A DNA stretch of 64,000 bases from Planctomycetota bacterium (GCA_947501605.1 CANMWZ010000002.1:192001-256000), one strand, 5' to 3'. Counted from the stretch's first letter, positions 1 to 9,954 are shown. The notes: generated by a model from the letters alone, not told the origin. Program-made: numbers and translations.

Positions 1-49
1 CGCAAAGGTCGCAAGCCGCCATGTCCGGCGCCGCGCCCCGCCCCGCGGC

Positions 50-2755
50 TCAACGGCCGCGGGCCCACGGCAGCAGAACGAACGACATGCCACCAGCGCG
101 GACCGTGGCGCCGGCATCGACGGGGTGTTCGTCCCGGAACGGCACGCCATCGATCTCGCCGCCACTGACGCACCGAACGCGGATCTGGCCGACCTTGGTG
201 CCGAACAGCTCCACCTCGGCGGTTGCCGAGGCAACTCGGATGTGGACGTCCTGGCTTGCCCCGAGGCAGATGCGGCCGTCGCGGCCGCGGTCCTTGAGCA
301 ACAGCACACGATCCGTGCCCGCCACCTGGAACCCACCATGCACCTGCAGCATGGCCGTCAGAGAGCGCTTGCAAGGCAGTTGGTAGGAGCACTGAAGTGC
401 CGCACCGAGCTGGAACTTGTCGCCTGGGCGCAAGGCGTGGGTCGTCACTCTCCCGCCGCGGACTCGCACCTCACCACTCTCGGCGGAGAGCGTGTCCTGC
501 ATGCCGCCATGAAACGACATGCTGCGCTGGATGCGCGCGTGCTTGCCGGCGATCGCAGCCAGAATTGGGAGGTCCGAGGTGCCGTCGCGGAGGTTCCCGA
601 TCGTGATCGACTCGCCGCGCAGCACGACGAACTCGCCGCCTTCGTCCACTCGGAGCAGGAACGACCCTTCGAGCCCTTGGGCCTGCGCTAGGCTCCGCTT
701 CATGTCGTAGATGCGCGTGCGCAGCATCGGCGGGGTCGGCGGCATGGCATCGAGCGCAGCGTGGGCCGTGCTGAGGTCTCCGCCCCTGGTCAGGGCATCC
801 ACATGCGCCAGCGCCGCCTCCTGCTGGCGCAAGCCCGCGAGCGCGGTCTCGAGTTTGGTTACGCAGGTGCCGTCGACCCACATCTGCCGGGCGGCCTCGC
901 ATCGGCTCTCGGCGCCGCGCAGGTCTCGCTGCGCGAGAAGCGCTTCCGCTTCGGCGGTGAGCTGCTCAGCGCGCAGTCGACGCTCGCGGCACGACGCGAG
1001 CAGTCGGTCCGCACTGTCACCACCTGCAGGATGGACCGATGCAGCGGCAGCGATCCCGCGCAAACAGGCCTCAGCCTCGGTCAGTCTCCCCCCCAGCAGA
1101 GCGCGATCCGCAGCCTGCTGCAGACGGTCGACCAAGTTCAGGATTCGGGCGTCCAAACGATCGGAGACCAGAAGGCTCGGCCGCCGCGCAACAAGCTGCT
1201 GGATCGCAACCACAACACTTGCGACGTTGCCCACGTCGAGCGCGCGAGCAGCGGCTTCCGCCTGCTCGGTTCCTTCCACCTCGCTCGCAATCGCTAGCCT
1301 CAGGGTTGGCAGGTCCTCGTGATCGCTCTGGACTTTGGCCAGTTCGTCGAGGCGCGAAAGACAGTGTCGCAGGCCGCCGAGACCACCCGACGTACGCCCG
1401 TGGAGCGCGGCGCGAACCTCATCAAGACCGCGGCTGACCAAGTCTATGCGGGCGCGCATTTCCTGCGCGAACATCGAGGCCATCGCACCGTCCGTGCCGG
1501 CGTGCACCTCGGCCAGAGCCAGTGCGTAGGCATGGCCAAGGCGGCACTCACGGGCGGCATCACGAGCGACCTGCAGCCGCTGCTCGCGTTCTCGCGTGCT
1601 GCGGTCGATCGCGTCGCGTTCTTGACGGGCTTCGTCGTGCATAGGCATGTCCTCGAGGACCCCTGCGAGCAACGTGCGAGCGGCGTCGAACTCACCTGCC
1701 GCCGCGTGCTTGCGAGCCCGCTGCACCCGCTCGTTCGCGGTTTCCGCTTCTTGCAGAAGGACCTTCGCCTCGGCCAAGAAGTCGCGGCGATCCAGCAGTT
1801 CAGCAAGCTGGCGCAGGATCCCCGCGACCGCGGCCGGGCGCCCACTGGTCCGCGTCGTCGGCAAGCGCAGTAACAACTGCGCCGCGGACTGCGCGCGTTC
1901 CCACTCGGCCGGCGCGTTCGCCGGCGCCGGCAGCGGGCAAACCGCGCACGCCTGCAACAACTCGAGGTCCTGCGAGCCTTCCGCGGTGCCCATTTCTAGC
2001 AGCGCGGCGCCAGCCCCAGCGCGCAAGGCAGCCACTGCAGCCCCAGTCGTCGCCAGCTCAGGAAGCTGCTGCAGTCGCCGCTGCAGCCAGGGCATCACCC
2101 GCCTGGCCCCCCCAGCGCGCAGATGGGTCGCAGCATCGACCTCGAGCGCTCGGGCAGCGGCAGCAACCAGAGCGGCCGCTACAGGCCAGCCACCAGCCGT
2201 GTCATCGCAGGCGCGGGCGGCCCGCAGGGACTCTTCGGCCTCGGTCAGACGCCCAGCAGCAACAGCCGCTTCGGCTTCGGCCCGCAACCGGACGGCCTCC
2301 GCACGCCGTGCAGCAACAAACGCAGCGACAGCGGCGACACTGGCCACAAGCTTCGGGTCTGGGGACTTGGCCAGCTCTGCAAGCACGGCCTCCGCCTCAG
2401 CCAAGCGACCGCGTTCGGCGCCTTGTTGTGCACGCTCGACCGCCTGCTGGGCTGCTCGAGTCTGGTCGCCCTCGGCCTCAAGGCGTTGGCGGGCGGCACC
2501 GAGGTCAAGGCTTGCTTGGCTGTGCGCCGCAACACCGATCGCCCGTTCCAAGTCGCGGACGGCTGCCGCTGCATCGCCCGAAAGGAGGCGCTCCCGTCCG
2601 CGCTTCGCCAATGCCTCTTGGGCAGAATCACGGACCTCTCGCGCTCGCCGGTCGGCGGCGATCAGCGGGTCGGTCGCCAGCCGGGCAGCTTCTTCGAAGC
2701 GGCCATCGTGCAGCGCCTTCCTGGCCTGAGCCAGACGAATGAAACGATCGAACAT
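50..2755 (-). CDS. Large helical-repeat (TPR-like) protein with C-terminal FHA-like domains
   Basis: 901-aa ORF. About 690 aa of Ala/Arg/Leu-rich helical repeats, then beta-rich segments with FHA-like signatures (ESITIG..., GKHARI, LRPGDKFQLG; second copy GRICLG...HIRV). Confidence 0.7.
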   Translation of the reverse strand: MFDRFIRLAQARKALHDGRFEEAARLATDPLIAADRRAREVRDSAQEALAKRGRERLLSGDAAAAVRDLERAIGVAAHSQASLDLGAARQRLEAEGDQTRAAQQAVERAQQGAERGRLAEAEAVLAELAKSPDPKLVASVAAVAAFVAARRAEAVRLRAEAEAAVAAGRLTEAEESLRAARACDDTAGGWPVAAALVAAAARALEVDAATHLRAGGARRVMPWLQRRLQQLPELATTGAAVAALRAGAGAALLEMGTAEGSQDLELLQACAVCPLPAPANAPAEWERAQSAAQLLLRLPTTRTSGRPAAVAGILRQLAELLDRRDFLAEAKVLLQEAETANERVQRARKHAAAGEFDAARTLLAGVLEDMPMHDEARQERDAIDRSTREREQRLQVARDAARECRLGHAYALALAEVHAGTDGAMASMFAQEMRARIDLVSRGLDEVRAALHGRTSGGLGGLRHCLSRLDELAKVQSDHEDLPTLRLAIASEVEGTEQAEAAARALDVGNVASVVVAIQQLVARRPSLLVSDRLDARILNLVDRLQQAADRALLGGRLTEAEACLRGIAAAASVHPAGGDSADRLLASCRERRLRAEQLTAEAEALLAQRDLRGAESRCEAARQMWVDGTCVTKLETALAGLRQQEAALAHVDALTRGGDLSTAHAALDAMPPTPPMLRTRIYDMKRSLAQAQGLEGSFLLRVDEGGEFVVLRGESITIGNLRDGTSDLPILAAIAGKHARIQRSMSFHGGMQDTLSAESGEVRVRGGRVTTHALRPGDKFQLGAALQCSYQLPCKRSLTAMLQVHGGFQVAGTDRVLLLKDRGRDGRICLGASQDVHIRVASATAEVELFGTKVGQIRVRCVSGGEIDGVPFRDEHPVDAGATVRAGGMSFVLLPWARGR

Positions 2756-2810
2756 GCGGTCGTGAGGGCCGTGACAGGCCCTGCGCAGCCCGATTCGGGC
2801 AACTCAGCCA

Positions 2811-3764
2811 CTATTCCCAGGCGACCACCACGCCGCTAGCCCCTGCATCTTCGCGCGCTCGGCGAAGGCACTCCTCGGCCACCACCAAGAACTGCCGTCG
2901 ATCGGAGATTCCAGCCATTGGCACCGACGCGACACCAGCAGCGGGCCGCAGCGGCACCGAGTACTCACGACTGCTCAAAGCCTGCAATAGGCGCCGCGCT
3001 AGGGCTTGCGCGCCAAGGGGTGGTGTCCCCGGCAGTAGGAACAAGAACGTGGTCGTCGTGAACCGCCCGAGTACGTCGATGTCGCGGCATTCGTTCAGGA
3101 ACACCGACGCCACTTCGGCGAGCAGGACGGATCGATCCGGCCCTGCCGGCATCGCCGCAGCCGCGGTGCCAATGTCGAGCAACACAATGGACAGCGGCAG
3201 GTGAAACCGCTGCGAGCGCTTCCACTCCTCGTCAAGTTTGAGCGCGGTGTATGGACCGTCGAACAGACCGGTCTCCGCATCCTGCAGTCGCTGCAAGAAC
3301 GAGACGGAGCTCTCCCATTCGCGCACTCGGCCGGCGAGTTCGGACTGATCCGCGTTGGCCAACGCGGCGCCGTAGCGGTCGAGCAACGTGTCGATGTTCT
3401 TGTGGGTCTTGCCGCGATCTCGAGGAGCGAGGTGTTCAAGCCCATCGACGTGCCCTTGCTGATCGAGACGCATGACCCCGTCAGCCAGCACGAATCGGGC
3501 CAGGAGAACACCCGTCGGGTCCTCAGTACGGACGACAATGTGGACGCTGACGCCTCGCGTCTGCTTCCAGGCACGGCACGCGGAGAAGGCATTGCCTCCA
3601 AGAACGTCCTCCCGGCCTGCCAAGCTTGCAAAGGCCTCGACCACCACCGCGTCTCCGGACTGCAACTCGGTCGCCGGTTCGTTGCTCGGTTCCTTGCCGA
3701 ATGCCGTGGTGATCGCGGTGCGAACTGCGGGCGAGCTGCCCACGTGGAACAGGCGTTGCGTCAT
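2811..3764 (-). CDS. Degenerate GGDEF-domain protein with degenerate receiver-like N-terminus
   Basis: DAETGLF...EEWKRSQRFHLPLSIVLLDI and RDIDVLGRFTTTTFLFLLP match the GGDEF fold, with GGDEF replaced by TTTTF. The ATG overlaps the yebC stop. Confidence 0.8.
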   Translation of the reverse strand: MTQRLFHVGSSPAVRTAITTAFGKEPSNEPATELQSGDAVVVEAFASLAGREDVLGGNAFSACRAWKQTRGVSVHIVVRTEDPTGVLLARFVLADGVMRLDQQGHVDGLEHLAPRDRGKTHKNIDTLLDRYGAALANADQSELAGRVREWESSVSFLQRLQDAETGLFDGPYTALKLDEEWKRSQRFHLPLSIVLLDIGTAAAAMPAGPDRSVLLAEVASVFLNECRDIDVLGRFTTTTFLFLLPGTPPLGAQALARRLLQALSSREYSVPLRPAAGVASVPMAGISDRRQFLVVAEECLRRAREDAGASGVVVAWE

Positions 3765-4522
3765 GCGTCTGCAGCCAGCTTGCTGGCCACCTCATCGGGA
3801 AAGTGCTCGTTGCTGTAGACCGCCTGCACGTCGTCGTGGTCTTCCAATGCGTCGAACAACGCAATCACGCGACGGGCAACTTCGGCGTCCGCGACCGAAC
3901 AGTGTTGTTTGGGCACGTAGGCAAGGTCGGCGCTGAGCAGCCCCAAGCCCGCCTGCTGGAGTGCCGTCTTTACTGGGTGGAACTCCCCAGCAGCACCGTA
4001 GATGGTCACGAGCTCCGGGGTCACGACAAGGTCCTCCGCGCCAGCACCAAGGACCACTTCGAGCAGTCGCTCCTCGGCCACTTTGGAATCTGGCTGGACC
4101 GTGAACACCGCGCGGCGTTCGAACATCCAACCGACTGCACCCGTAGCAGCGAGATTGCCGCCGGCATCCTCGAAGAGCAGACGCATCTCGGGTGCGGTGC
4201 GGCTGCGCTTGTCCGTCAGGATCTCGAGAACGAAGGCCACGCCGCCGGGGCCATAGCCTTCGTAAAGCATCTCTTCGAAATCGCCGGCAGAACCCTCGCC
4301 AAGCCCCTTCTTGATGGCGCGCTCGATCGCGTCCTTGGACATGGACGCGAGCCGCGCCTTCTCGACATAGTCCCGCAGGCGTGGATTGCCCTCCGTGGTG
4401 CCGCCGCCATGCTTGGCAGCGACAGTCATCATGCGGGACAGCTTGGCGAATAGTTTCGCTCGCTTGCTGTCGACTCGGTCCTTGCGGAACTTGATGTTCG
4501 AGGAATGGGAATGGCCAGCCAT
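3761..4522 (-). CDS. yebC: YebC/PmpR family protein
   Basis: MAGHSHSSNIK start, YEGYGPGG, LEDHDDVQAVYSN. SD GGAGG upstream of the ATG at 4522. Confidence 0.95.
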   Translation of the reverse strand: MAGHSHSSNIKFRKDRVDSKRAKLFAKLSRMMTVAAKHGGGTTEGNPRLRDYVEKARLASMSKDAIERAIKKGLGEGSAGDFEEMLYEGYGPGGVAFVLEILTDKRSRTAPEMRLLFEDAGGNLAATGAVGWMFERRAVFTVQPDSKVAEERLLEVVLGAGAEDLVVTPELVTIYGAAGEFHPVKTALQQAGLGLLSADLAYVPKQHCSVADAEVARRVIALFDALEDHDDVQAVYSNEHFPDEVASKLAADA

Positions 4523-4569
4523 CGACCAGATCCTCCGCAGAGTGGACGCGTGCGCAGCGAGCTTCGCGC

Positions 4570-4599
4570 GGTGTGTGCGCTGCACGCAGCGCACGCACC
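4570..4599 (-). terminator. 13-bp stem-loop downstream of rpsI (terminator or processing hairpin)
   Basis: ggtgtgtgcgctg-cacg-cagcgcacgcacc inverted repeat with one mismatch and no clear U-tract. Confidence 0.4.
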
Positions 4600-4614
4600 A
4601 GAGGCGCACACCAA

Positions 4615-5013
4615 TCAGCGCTTGCTGAACTGCGTCGAACGACGCGCCTTGTGGCGGCCGTACTTCTTGCGCTCGACTTCGCGCGAATCGCGCGTCATCA
4701 AACCGTTGTCACGCAGGGCGCGTTCGAAGTTCTCGTTGTCGATGCACAGAGCACGCGCGATTCCGAGGCTGACAGCGCCAGCCTGGCCCGTGATGCCACC
4801 GCCGTCGACGTTGACCCAGATGTCGTAGTTGTTGCGCGACTCGGTGACTTGCAGCGGCATCGTCGCTTGACGACGCGAGTCATCGGTCACGAAAAACTTC
4901 TCGAACTCGAGACCATTGACGAGGAACTTGCCGGAGCCGGCCTTGACGCGAACCCGGGCGGTCGCGGACTTGCGACGGCCGGTGCCCCAGATGTAGGGAT
5001 TGTTGACTACCAC
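4615..5013 (-). CDS. rpsI: 30S ribosomal protein S9
   Basis: GTGRRKSATARV, GGGITGQAGA, ERKKYG...QFSKR. GTG start with GAGG SD. Confidence 0.98.
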   Translation of the reverse strand: MVVNNPYIWGTGRRKSATARVRVKAGSGKFLVNGLEFEKFFVTDDSRRQATMPLQVTESRNNYDIWVNVDGGGITGQAGAVSLGIARALCIDNENFERALRDNGLMTRDSREVERKKYGRHKARRSTQFSKR

Positions 5014-5027
5014 GTGCAAACCTCGAA

Positions 5028-5474
5028 TTAGCTGTTGCCCGTCCACGACGCAGGCTTCTGCGCCACGTGTGGATGCTCGGAGCCAGTGTAGACCTTGAGA
5101 CGGCGGAGCATGTGCTCGCCGAGACGATTCTTTGGAAGCATGCGGCGCACAGCCAATCGGATCAGCTCGCCTGGGGCATGCTCGCGGTAGTCGGCGAGCT
5201 TGACGTATCGCAGACCACCCGGATAGCCGGTGTAGTAGGTGTATTCGCGCGTCTCACCCTTGTTGCCGGTGAGCGCGATCTTGCCTGCATTGAGGACGAT
5301 CACACCCTCGCCGACCAGGATGTGCGGGGTGTAACGCGGGCTGTGCTTGCCCATGAGAACCGTGGCGATCTCGGTCGCCAGACGGCCGAGAACCTGGCCC
5401 GACGCATCGACGACGCGCCAAGTGTTCATGGCTACGTGACGATCGGCCTCGGTTGCAAAGGTGGTCTTGGTCAT
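5028..5474 (-). CDS. rplM: 50S ribosomal protein L13
   Basis: WRVVDA..LGRLA, GKHSPRYTPH, TGYPGGL, AVRRMLPKN, HPHVAQ. Confidence 0.98.
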   Translation of the reverse strand: MTKTTFATEADRHVAMNTWRVVDASGQVLGRLATEIATVLMGKHSPRYTPHILVGEGVIVLNAGKIALTGNKGETREYTYYTGYPGGLRYVKLADYREHAPGELIRLAVRRMLPKNRLGEHMLRRLKVYTGSEHPHVAQKPASWTGNS

Positions 5475-5536
5475 TGCCTGCTGACTGTCGGCCGCGGCCC
5501 TGCAGAGCTGCGCGCCTGGAATGGGAAGGGGCGAGG

Positions 5537-5564
5537 ATGGTAGCGAGGCTACTTTCGGAGTCAA
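5537..5564 (-). promoter_or_regulatory. Sigma70-type promoter of rplM-rpsI
   Basis: Minus strand TTGACT-N16-TACCAT, about 60 nt upstream of the rplM ATG. Confidence 0.7.
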
Positions 5565-5653
5565 CGGTGCGAACGTTCCTTCTGTGGGCCGCAGGACCCG
5601 TCCTCCATCGGCCTCGCGGCCAGCGATGGAGCGCACGCCAGCCCGCCGTGGAG

Positions 5654-7102
5654 CTACAGCTCGCGGATGGACATCGTGTTGGTCAGACCCGTTTCCCGGA
5701 TCGTGCCGGCGATCTGCACCAGACGGTCGCCCTTCCGCATCCACCCCTCCACGCGCAGGATTCGGTCGCCCGCCACCGTCAGCGCGTGGGCCGTGCGCTT
5801 TGGTGGGATCTTGCGAGTCGTAATGCCCCACGTCAGCGACAGCCGCTGCATCGTCCGCTGCGACGGCGTGAACGCCAGAATGTGCGTCGGCGGGCGCTCT
5901 CCGGCCAGGAGGTTCGCGGTGGTCCCGGTTTCGGTGTAGACGGCGATCAGACGCGCGTGAGACTCATAGGCGGCATAGGCCGCGGCGCGGACGGTGGCCT
6001 GCGCCACGGAACTGCTCTTGCTGCCCATTGGGCGTCGGCGCATCCGCTCACCCATGCCGGTGTAGCAGGACTTCTCGGCCGTGCGAATGATCTTCTCCAT
6101 CGTCTGCACGCTGCGGACCGGGTGCTTGCCCGACGCGGTTTCCGCGGACAGCATCACTGCCGAGGTCCCGTCATAGATGGCGTTGGCAACGTCGGAGGCT
6201 TCTGCGCGCGTGGGCCGCGGATTCAACACCATCGACTCCAGCATCTGCGTCGCGGTGATCACCGGCTTTCGCGCCTCGTTGCACATGGCGATGATGCGCT
6301 TCTGCACCGGTGGAACCGCTGCCGGCCCCATCTCCACCCCCATGTCGCCGCGCGCGACCATCAGGCCGTCCGCGACTGCGAGGATCTCCGGCAGGCAGCC
6401 GACGGCCTCGGGCCGTTCGATCTTGGCGATGATCTGCACATCGCCTTTGGCACGAGTGATGTGGCGCCGCAGTTCGACGACGTCTTCGGGCGCCCGAACG
6501 AACGAGAGCGCGACGAAATCCACGCCGGCAGCGAGCACCACCTTGAGGTCCGCAAGGTCTTTCGGCGAGAGGCAACTGGTCGAGACCTTGCTGCCTGGCA
6601 GGTTGATGCCCTTGAACTGGTGGAGCATGCCGCCGTAGACGACACGCGTGTGGATCTCGTCGCCATCGACGCGGAGGACTCGCAACTCCAGGTTGCCGTC
6701 ATCCAGCAGGATGCGTTCCTTCGGCTTCACATCGCGCGCGAGATGGCGATAGATCGTACCGATGCGGATTTCGCCAGCGCCGTTCGCCTCACCGACGACA
6801 CCTGGGGTCGCATCGATGACAACCTGCGCGCCGCGCTTCAGGTAGATGGGCTCCGCGTTCTTCAGCTTGCCAACGCGAATCTTCGGCCCCTGCAGGTCGG
6901 CGAGCACGCCGACAGCGTGACCCTCCTTTTGGGCAACCTGGCGGATCATGCTGATCGTGCGGACCAGCGTCTCGTGATCCGCGTGCGCGCAGTTGAGACG
7001 GAAAACATCGACGCCAGCGCGCACCAACTGCGCGATCATGGAGGATGTATTGGATGCGGGCCCCAACGTGGCCACGATCTTGGTGCGGTTCTGCCAGGCC
7101 AT
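5654..7102 (-). CDS. pyk: Pyruvate kinase
   Basis: RTKIVATLGPAS, DLQGPKIR, IIAKIE, MVARGDMG, ATQMLESM, MLSAETA. Confidence 0.98.
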   Translation of the reverse strand: MAWQNRTKIVATLGPASNTSSMIAQLVRAGVDVFRLNCAHADHETLVRTISMIRQVAQKEGHAVGVLADLQGPKIRVGKLKNAEPIYLKRGAQVVIDATPGVVGEANGAGEIRIGTIYRHLARDVKPKERILLDDGNLELRVLRVDGDEIHTRVVYGGMLHQFKGINLPGSKVSTSCLSPKDLADLKVVLAAGVDFVALSFVRAPEDVVELRRHITRAKGDVQIIAKIERPEAVGCLPEILAVADGLMVARGDMGVEMGPAAVPPVQKRIIAMCNEARKPVITATQMLESMVLNPRPTRAEASDVANAIYDGTSAVMLSAETASGKHPVRSVQTMEKIIRTAEKSCYTGMGERMRRRPMGSKSSSVAQATVRAAAYAAYESHARLIAVYTETGTTANLLAGERPPTHILAFTPSQRTMQRLSLTWGITTRKIPPKRTAHALTVAGDRILRVEGWMRKGDRLVQIAGTIRETGLTNTMSIREL

Positions 7103-7241
7103 CCTGATCTGTCTCCCGGCGGTCAAGCCGGGCCTTCAAAGCGTTAGCGCCCAATGCGGGCGGCGCGGAGTTGTAGCGCAACGGACTGCGCGGCGCGAAC
7201 AGTGCGCGAAGAGGGCGCGGCGAAGACTGCGGACGACCCGA

Positions 7242-8339
7242 TCAACTACCGAACGTGGCGCGGTTCTTGTCCCACCACTCCTGCCACTTCTGCTGCGCGC
7301 GCACGCGCACGTCTTTGCTGGTCGCCGCCGCTTCGAACGGCAGAGTCTGGCCGGTGACCTCCTTGAGCGATCGCCAGGCCGAGTCGCGCACGATCACTTC
7401 GGGATCTGCCAGCGCGATGATCAAGGCATCGACCACATCGGGCGTCTTGAAGTCCTTCAGTCCTTCGACGCTGAGCCGACGAACGAAGGTGTCGGCATCC
7501 TTGGTCATGAGCAACACGTGAGGGAGAACCCGCACATCCTTGCTCCGCAGCAGTTCGTCAACCGCTTCGAAGCGAGCGCCGTCATCGGCATCGCCAAGCC
7601 GCGTCACCATGTGCGCGAGTTGAGGGGGCAGATCATTGGCGGGGACGGCAGGCTTCGGCAGCTCGGGCGGCGTGACCGGCTCCGCCGCGGACCGCGGCCG
7701 AGCAAGGATCTCGGCGAGAGTCACCGCCTGCTGCTGCAGCTTGACCTGGATCTCGGCCAGGGCGGGCCCATGATCGGGCCGGGCCTTCTCCGCACGCACA
7801 ACAGCCTGCTGCACAGCCTGCACGCTCGCAGCGGCAGCGACCAAGTCTTCCCCGATGGTCTGCAAGCGCTGCGTCGACGACTGCTGGTTGGCATCGAGCG
7901 CTTTCACCTGGGAGTCGAGGCGGTCGACATCCGTGCGCATCGCGACCCGATCGAGCGCCAGGCTCACACTCTGGACGACTTCCGACTGCGACTTCAGGCT
8001 GCCAGCTAGGTGCCCGTAGTCCGTCTCCAACCGCAACTGCATCTGGCCAATGCGATAGTCAAGAAAGAGGGATGCCGCCGCGACCGCGCCGAGCAGGACG
8101 ATGCCGAGCGGAAGCAGGCGCACATCGCCGCCACTACTCGGGCGGGCCACGGCCACCACGCCGCCACCAAGAGCCGGGTCCGTCGAAGCCGGTGCGTTCC
8201 CGCGCACGACCGGCAGACAGCAGGCTCCAATCGTCTTCCCCAGATGCAACATCGCAACGCCCCGCTCCACATCCTGGACCGGAACCGAAGTGCTACAGAG
8301 ATCGCAGAACAGAACCTCGAGCGATGCTGGCGTATCCAT
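7242..8339 (-). CDS. Membrane-anchored HEAT-repeat protein (N-terminal Cys cluster, TM helix, coiled coil)
   Basis: CDLC...CC, a hydrophobic segment LLPLGIVLLGAVAAASLFL, a Q/L-rich coiled coil, a Pro linker, then HEAT repeats (DADTFVRR, DPEVIVRDSA). Confidence 0.75.
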   Translation of the reverse strand: MDTPASLEVLFCDLCSTSVPVQDVERGVAMLHLGKTIGACCLPVVRGNAPASTDPALGGGVVAVARPSSGGDVRLLPLGIVLLGAVAAASLFLDYRIGQMQLRLETDYGHLAGSLKSQSEVVQSVSLALDRVAMRTDVDRLDSQVKALDANQQSSTQRLQTIGEDLVAAAASVQAVQQAVVRAEKARPDHGPALAEIQVKLQQQAVTLAEILARPRSAAEPVTPPELPKPAVPANDLPPQLAHMVTRLGDADDGARFEAVDELLRSKDVRVLPHVLLMTKDADTFVRRLSVEGLKDFKTPDVVDALIIALADPEVIVRDSAWRSLKEVTGQTLPFEAAATSKDVRVRAQQKWQEWWDKNRATFGS

Positions 8340-8482
8340 GGTGGTCAGTCTCAGCCGTGGGCAATCTGCGGATTGGCGGCGGAGTTGCCCGCCATGCAGC
8401 AACTAGTCACGAGCCCGGCCAACGATACCGGCGCATCGGGCGCGCGCAGCAAGGTCGCCGCGCGCGGGAGGACGGAGCATAC

Positions 8483-9649
8483 TCAGGCGAGTCCGGCCTT
8501 GGCGCGCAGTTCGGCGGCCTTGGCCGTCGATTCCCAGGTGAACCCCTCGCGGCCGAAGTGGCCGTAGGAGGCAGTCTTGGTGAACACCGGGCGCTTCAGT
8601 TGCAGGTCGCGGATGATCGCCGCCGGCCGCAGATCGAACACCTGGCGCACGAAGCTCGTGAGTTTCTCTTCGGAGACCTTGCCCGTGCCAAAGGTGTCGC
8701 AGCGAATACTCACTGGCTGGGCGACGCCGATCGCGTAGGCGATCTGGACCTCGCAGCGGTCCGCCAGGCCGGCAGCGACGACGTTCTTTGCAACCCAGCG
8801 GCCGGCGTAAGCCGCCGAACGGTCGACCTTGCTCGGATCCTTGCCCGAGAACGCGCCGCCACCGTGACGCCCCATGCCGCCGTAGGTGTCGACGATGATC
8901 TTTCGACCCGTAAGTCCCGCGTCGGCCTTGGGACCGCCTTCGACGAACCGACCCGTCGGGTTCAAGAACCAGCGCGTGCTGTTGTCGACCATGCCCTTTG
9001 GCAAGACTTCGAGCGCGACGCTCTTCAATGCCTGGTGCAGCTCGTCGGTCGAAACCGAATCACGATGCTGGTGCGAGATCACCACCGTATTGATGTGGCG
9101 CGGCTTGTTGTTGTCGTCGTACTCGACGGTCAACTGGCTCTTCGCATCCGGCCGCAAGAACGAGAATCGCTTCTGTTTGCGGGCGGCGGCGAGCGCTTCG
9201 AGGATGCGGTGCGAGAAATGAATCGGGAAGGGCATCAATGCATCGGTCTCGCGACACGCGAACCCGAACATCATGCCCTGGTCACCGGCTCCCTGCTCCT
9301 TGCCCTGCGAGGTCGTCGCATCGACGCCGAGCGCGATGTCCGCCGACTGGCGCTGAATCGAAGTCAGCACTGCGCACGAGTTGTAGTCGAAGCCGATCTC
9401 TGGGTCGTCGTAGCCGATGTTCTTGATCGTGCTACGAATGACATCCTGGAAATCCACCTGCGCACGGGTCGTGATCTCTCCGGCAATCACGACAAAGCCG
9501 CGCGACACCATGGTCTCGCAAGCCACGCGCGACTCCGGATCCTGAGCCAGGATCGCGTCGAGCACGGCATCGGAGATCTGGTCGCAGACCTTGTCCGGAT
9601 GCCCTTCGCTCACGGACTCACTGGTGAAAAGACGAAGTTCCTTGTCCAT
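8483..9649 (-). CDS. metK: S-adenosylmethionine synthetase
   Basis: [42 protein letters not shown]. Confidence 0.99.
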   Translation of the reverse strand: MDKELRLFTSESVSEGHPDKVCDQISDAVLDAILAQDPESRVACETMVSRGFVVIAGEITTRAQVDFQDVIRSTIKNIGYDDPEIGFDYNSCAVLTSIQRQSADIALGVDATTSQGKEQGAGDQGMMFGFACRETDALMPFPIHFSHRILEALAAARKQKRFSFLRPDAKSQLTVEYDDNNKPRHINTVVISHQHRDSVSTDELHQALKSVALEVLPKGMVDNSTRWFLNPTGRFVEGGPKADAGLTGRKIIVDTYGGMGRHGGGAFSGKDPSKVDRSAAYAGRWVAKNVVAAGLADRCEVQIAYAIGVAQPVSIRCDTFGTGKVSEEKLTSFVRQVFDLRPAAIIRDLQLKRPVFTKTASYGHFGREGFTWESTAKAAELRAKAGLA

Positions 9650-9730
9650 CGGTATGGGCGGGTGCAGTCGGTTCAGTTGCAAGGCGGCCCGCCAGAACGA
9701 AGTCACAGCGAGCCAGATCGAGGGGCGGGG

Positions 9731-9736
9731 AGTCTA
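9731..9736 (-). promoter_or_regulatory. Putative -10 element of metK
   Basis: TAGACT on the minus strand about 80 nt upstream of the ATG. No good -35 seen. Confidence 0.4.
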
Positions 9737-9954
9737 GCGAGGCCGACTCGGCTTCCGCGCGCGTTTCAGAGCAAAACTCGTGGGACCGGGGCTCCGCGTC
9801 GCGGAAATCACGCCAACACCCACCCACCGATGGCGGCCCCACGTCGGTGACGACCCGGAGCCCAACACGTTCCGGCGAAACAGGCCGGGGCTGAAACTCA
9901 GGCGCAGCTGCAACCATCCGGTCCGCTGTGCCTAGACAAACTGCGCATCCATCT

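Noticed and set aside
9870..9950. c-di-GMP-I riboswitch-like words (GGCGAAAC, GAAA loop, ATCCGGTC)
   Set aside because: Spacing and pairing do not reproduce the two-stem consensus. An Infernal scan would be needed to settle it.
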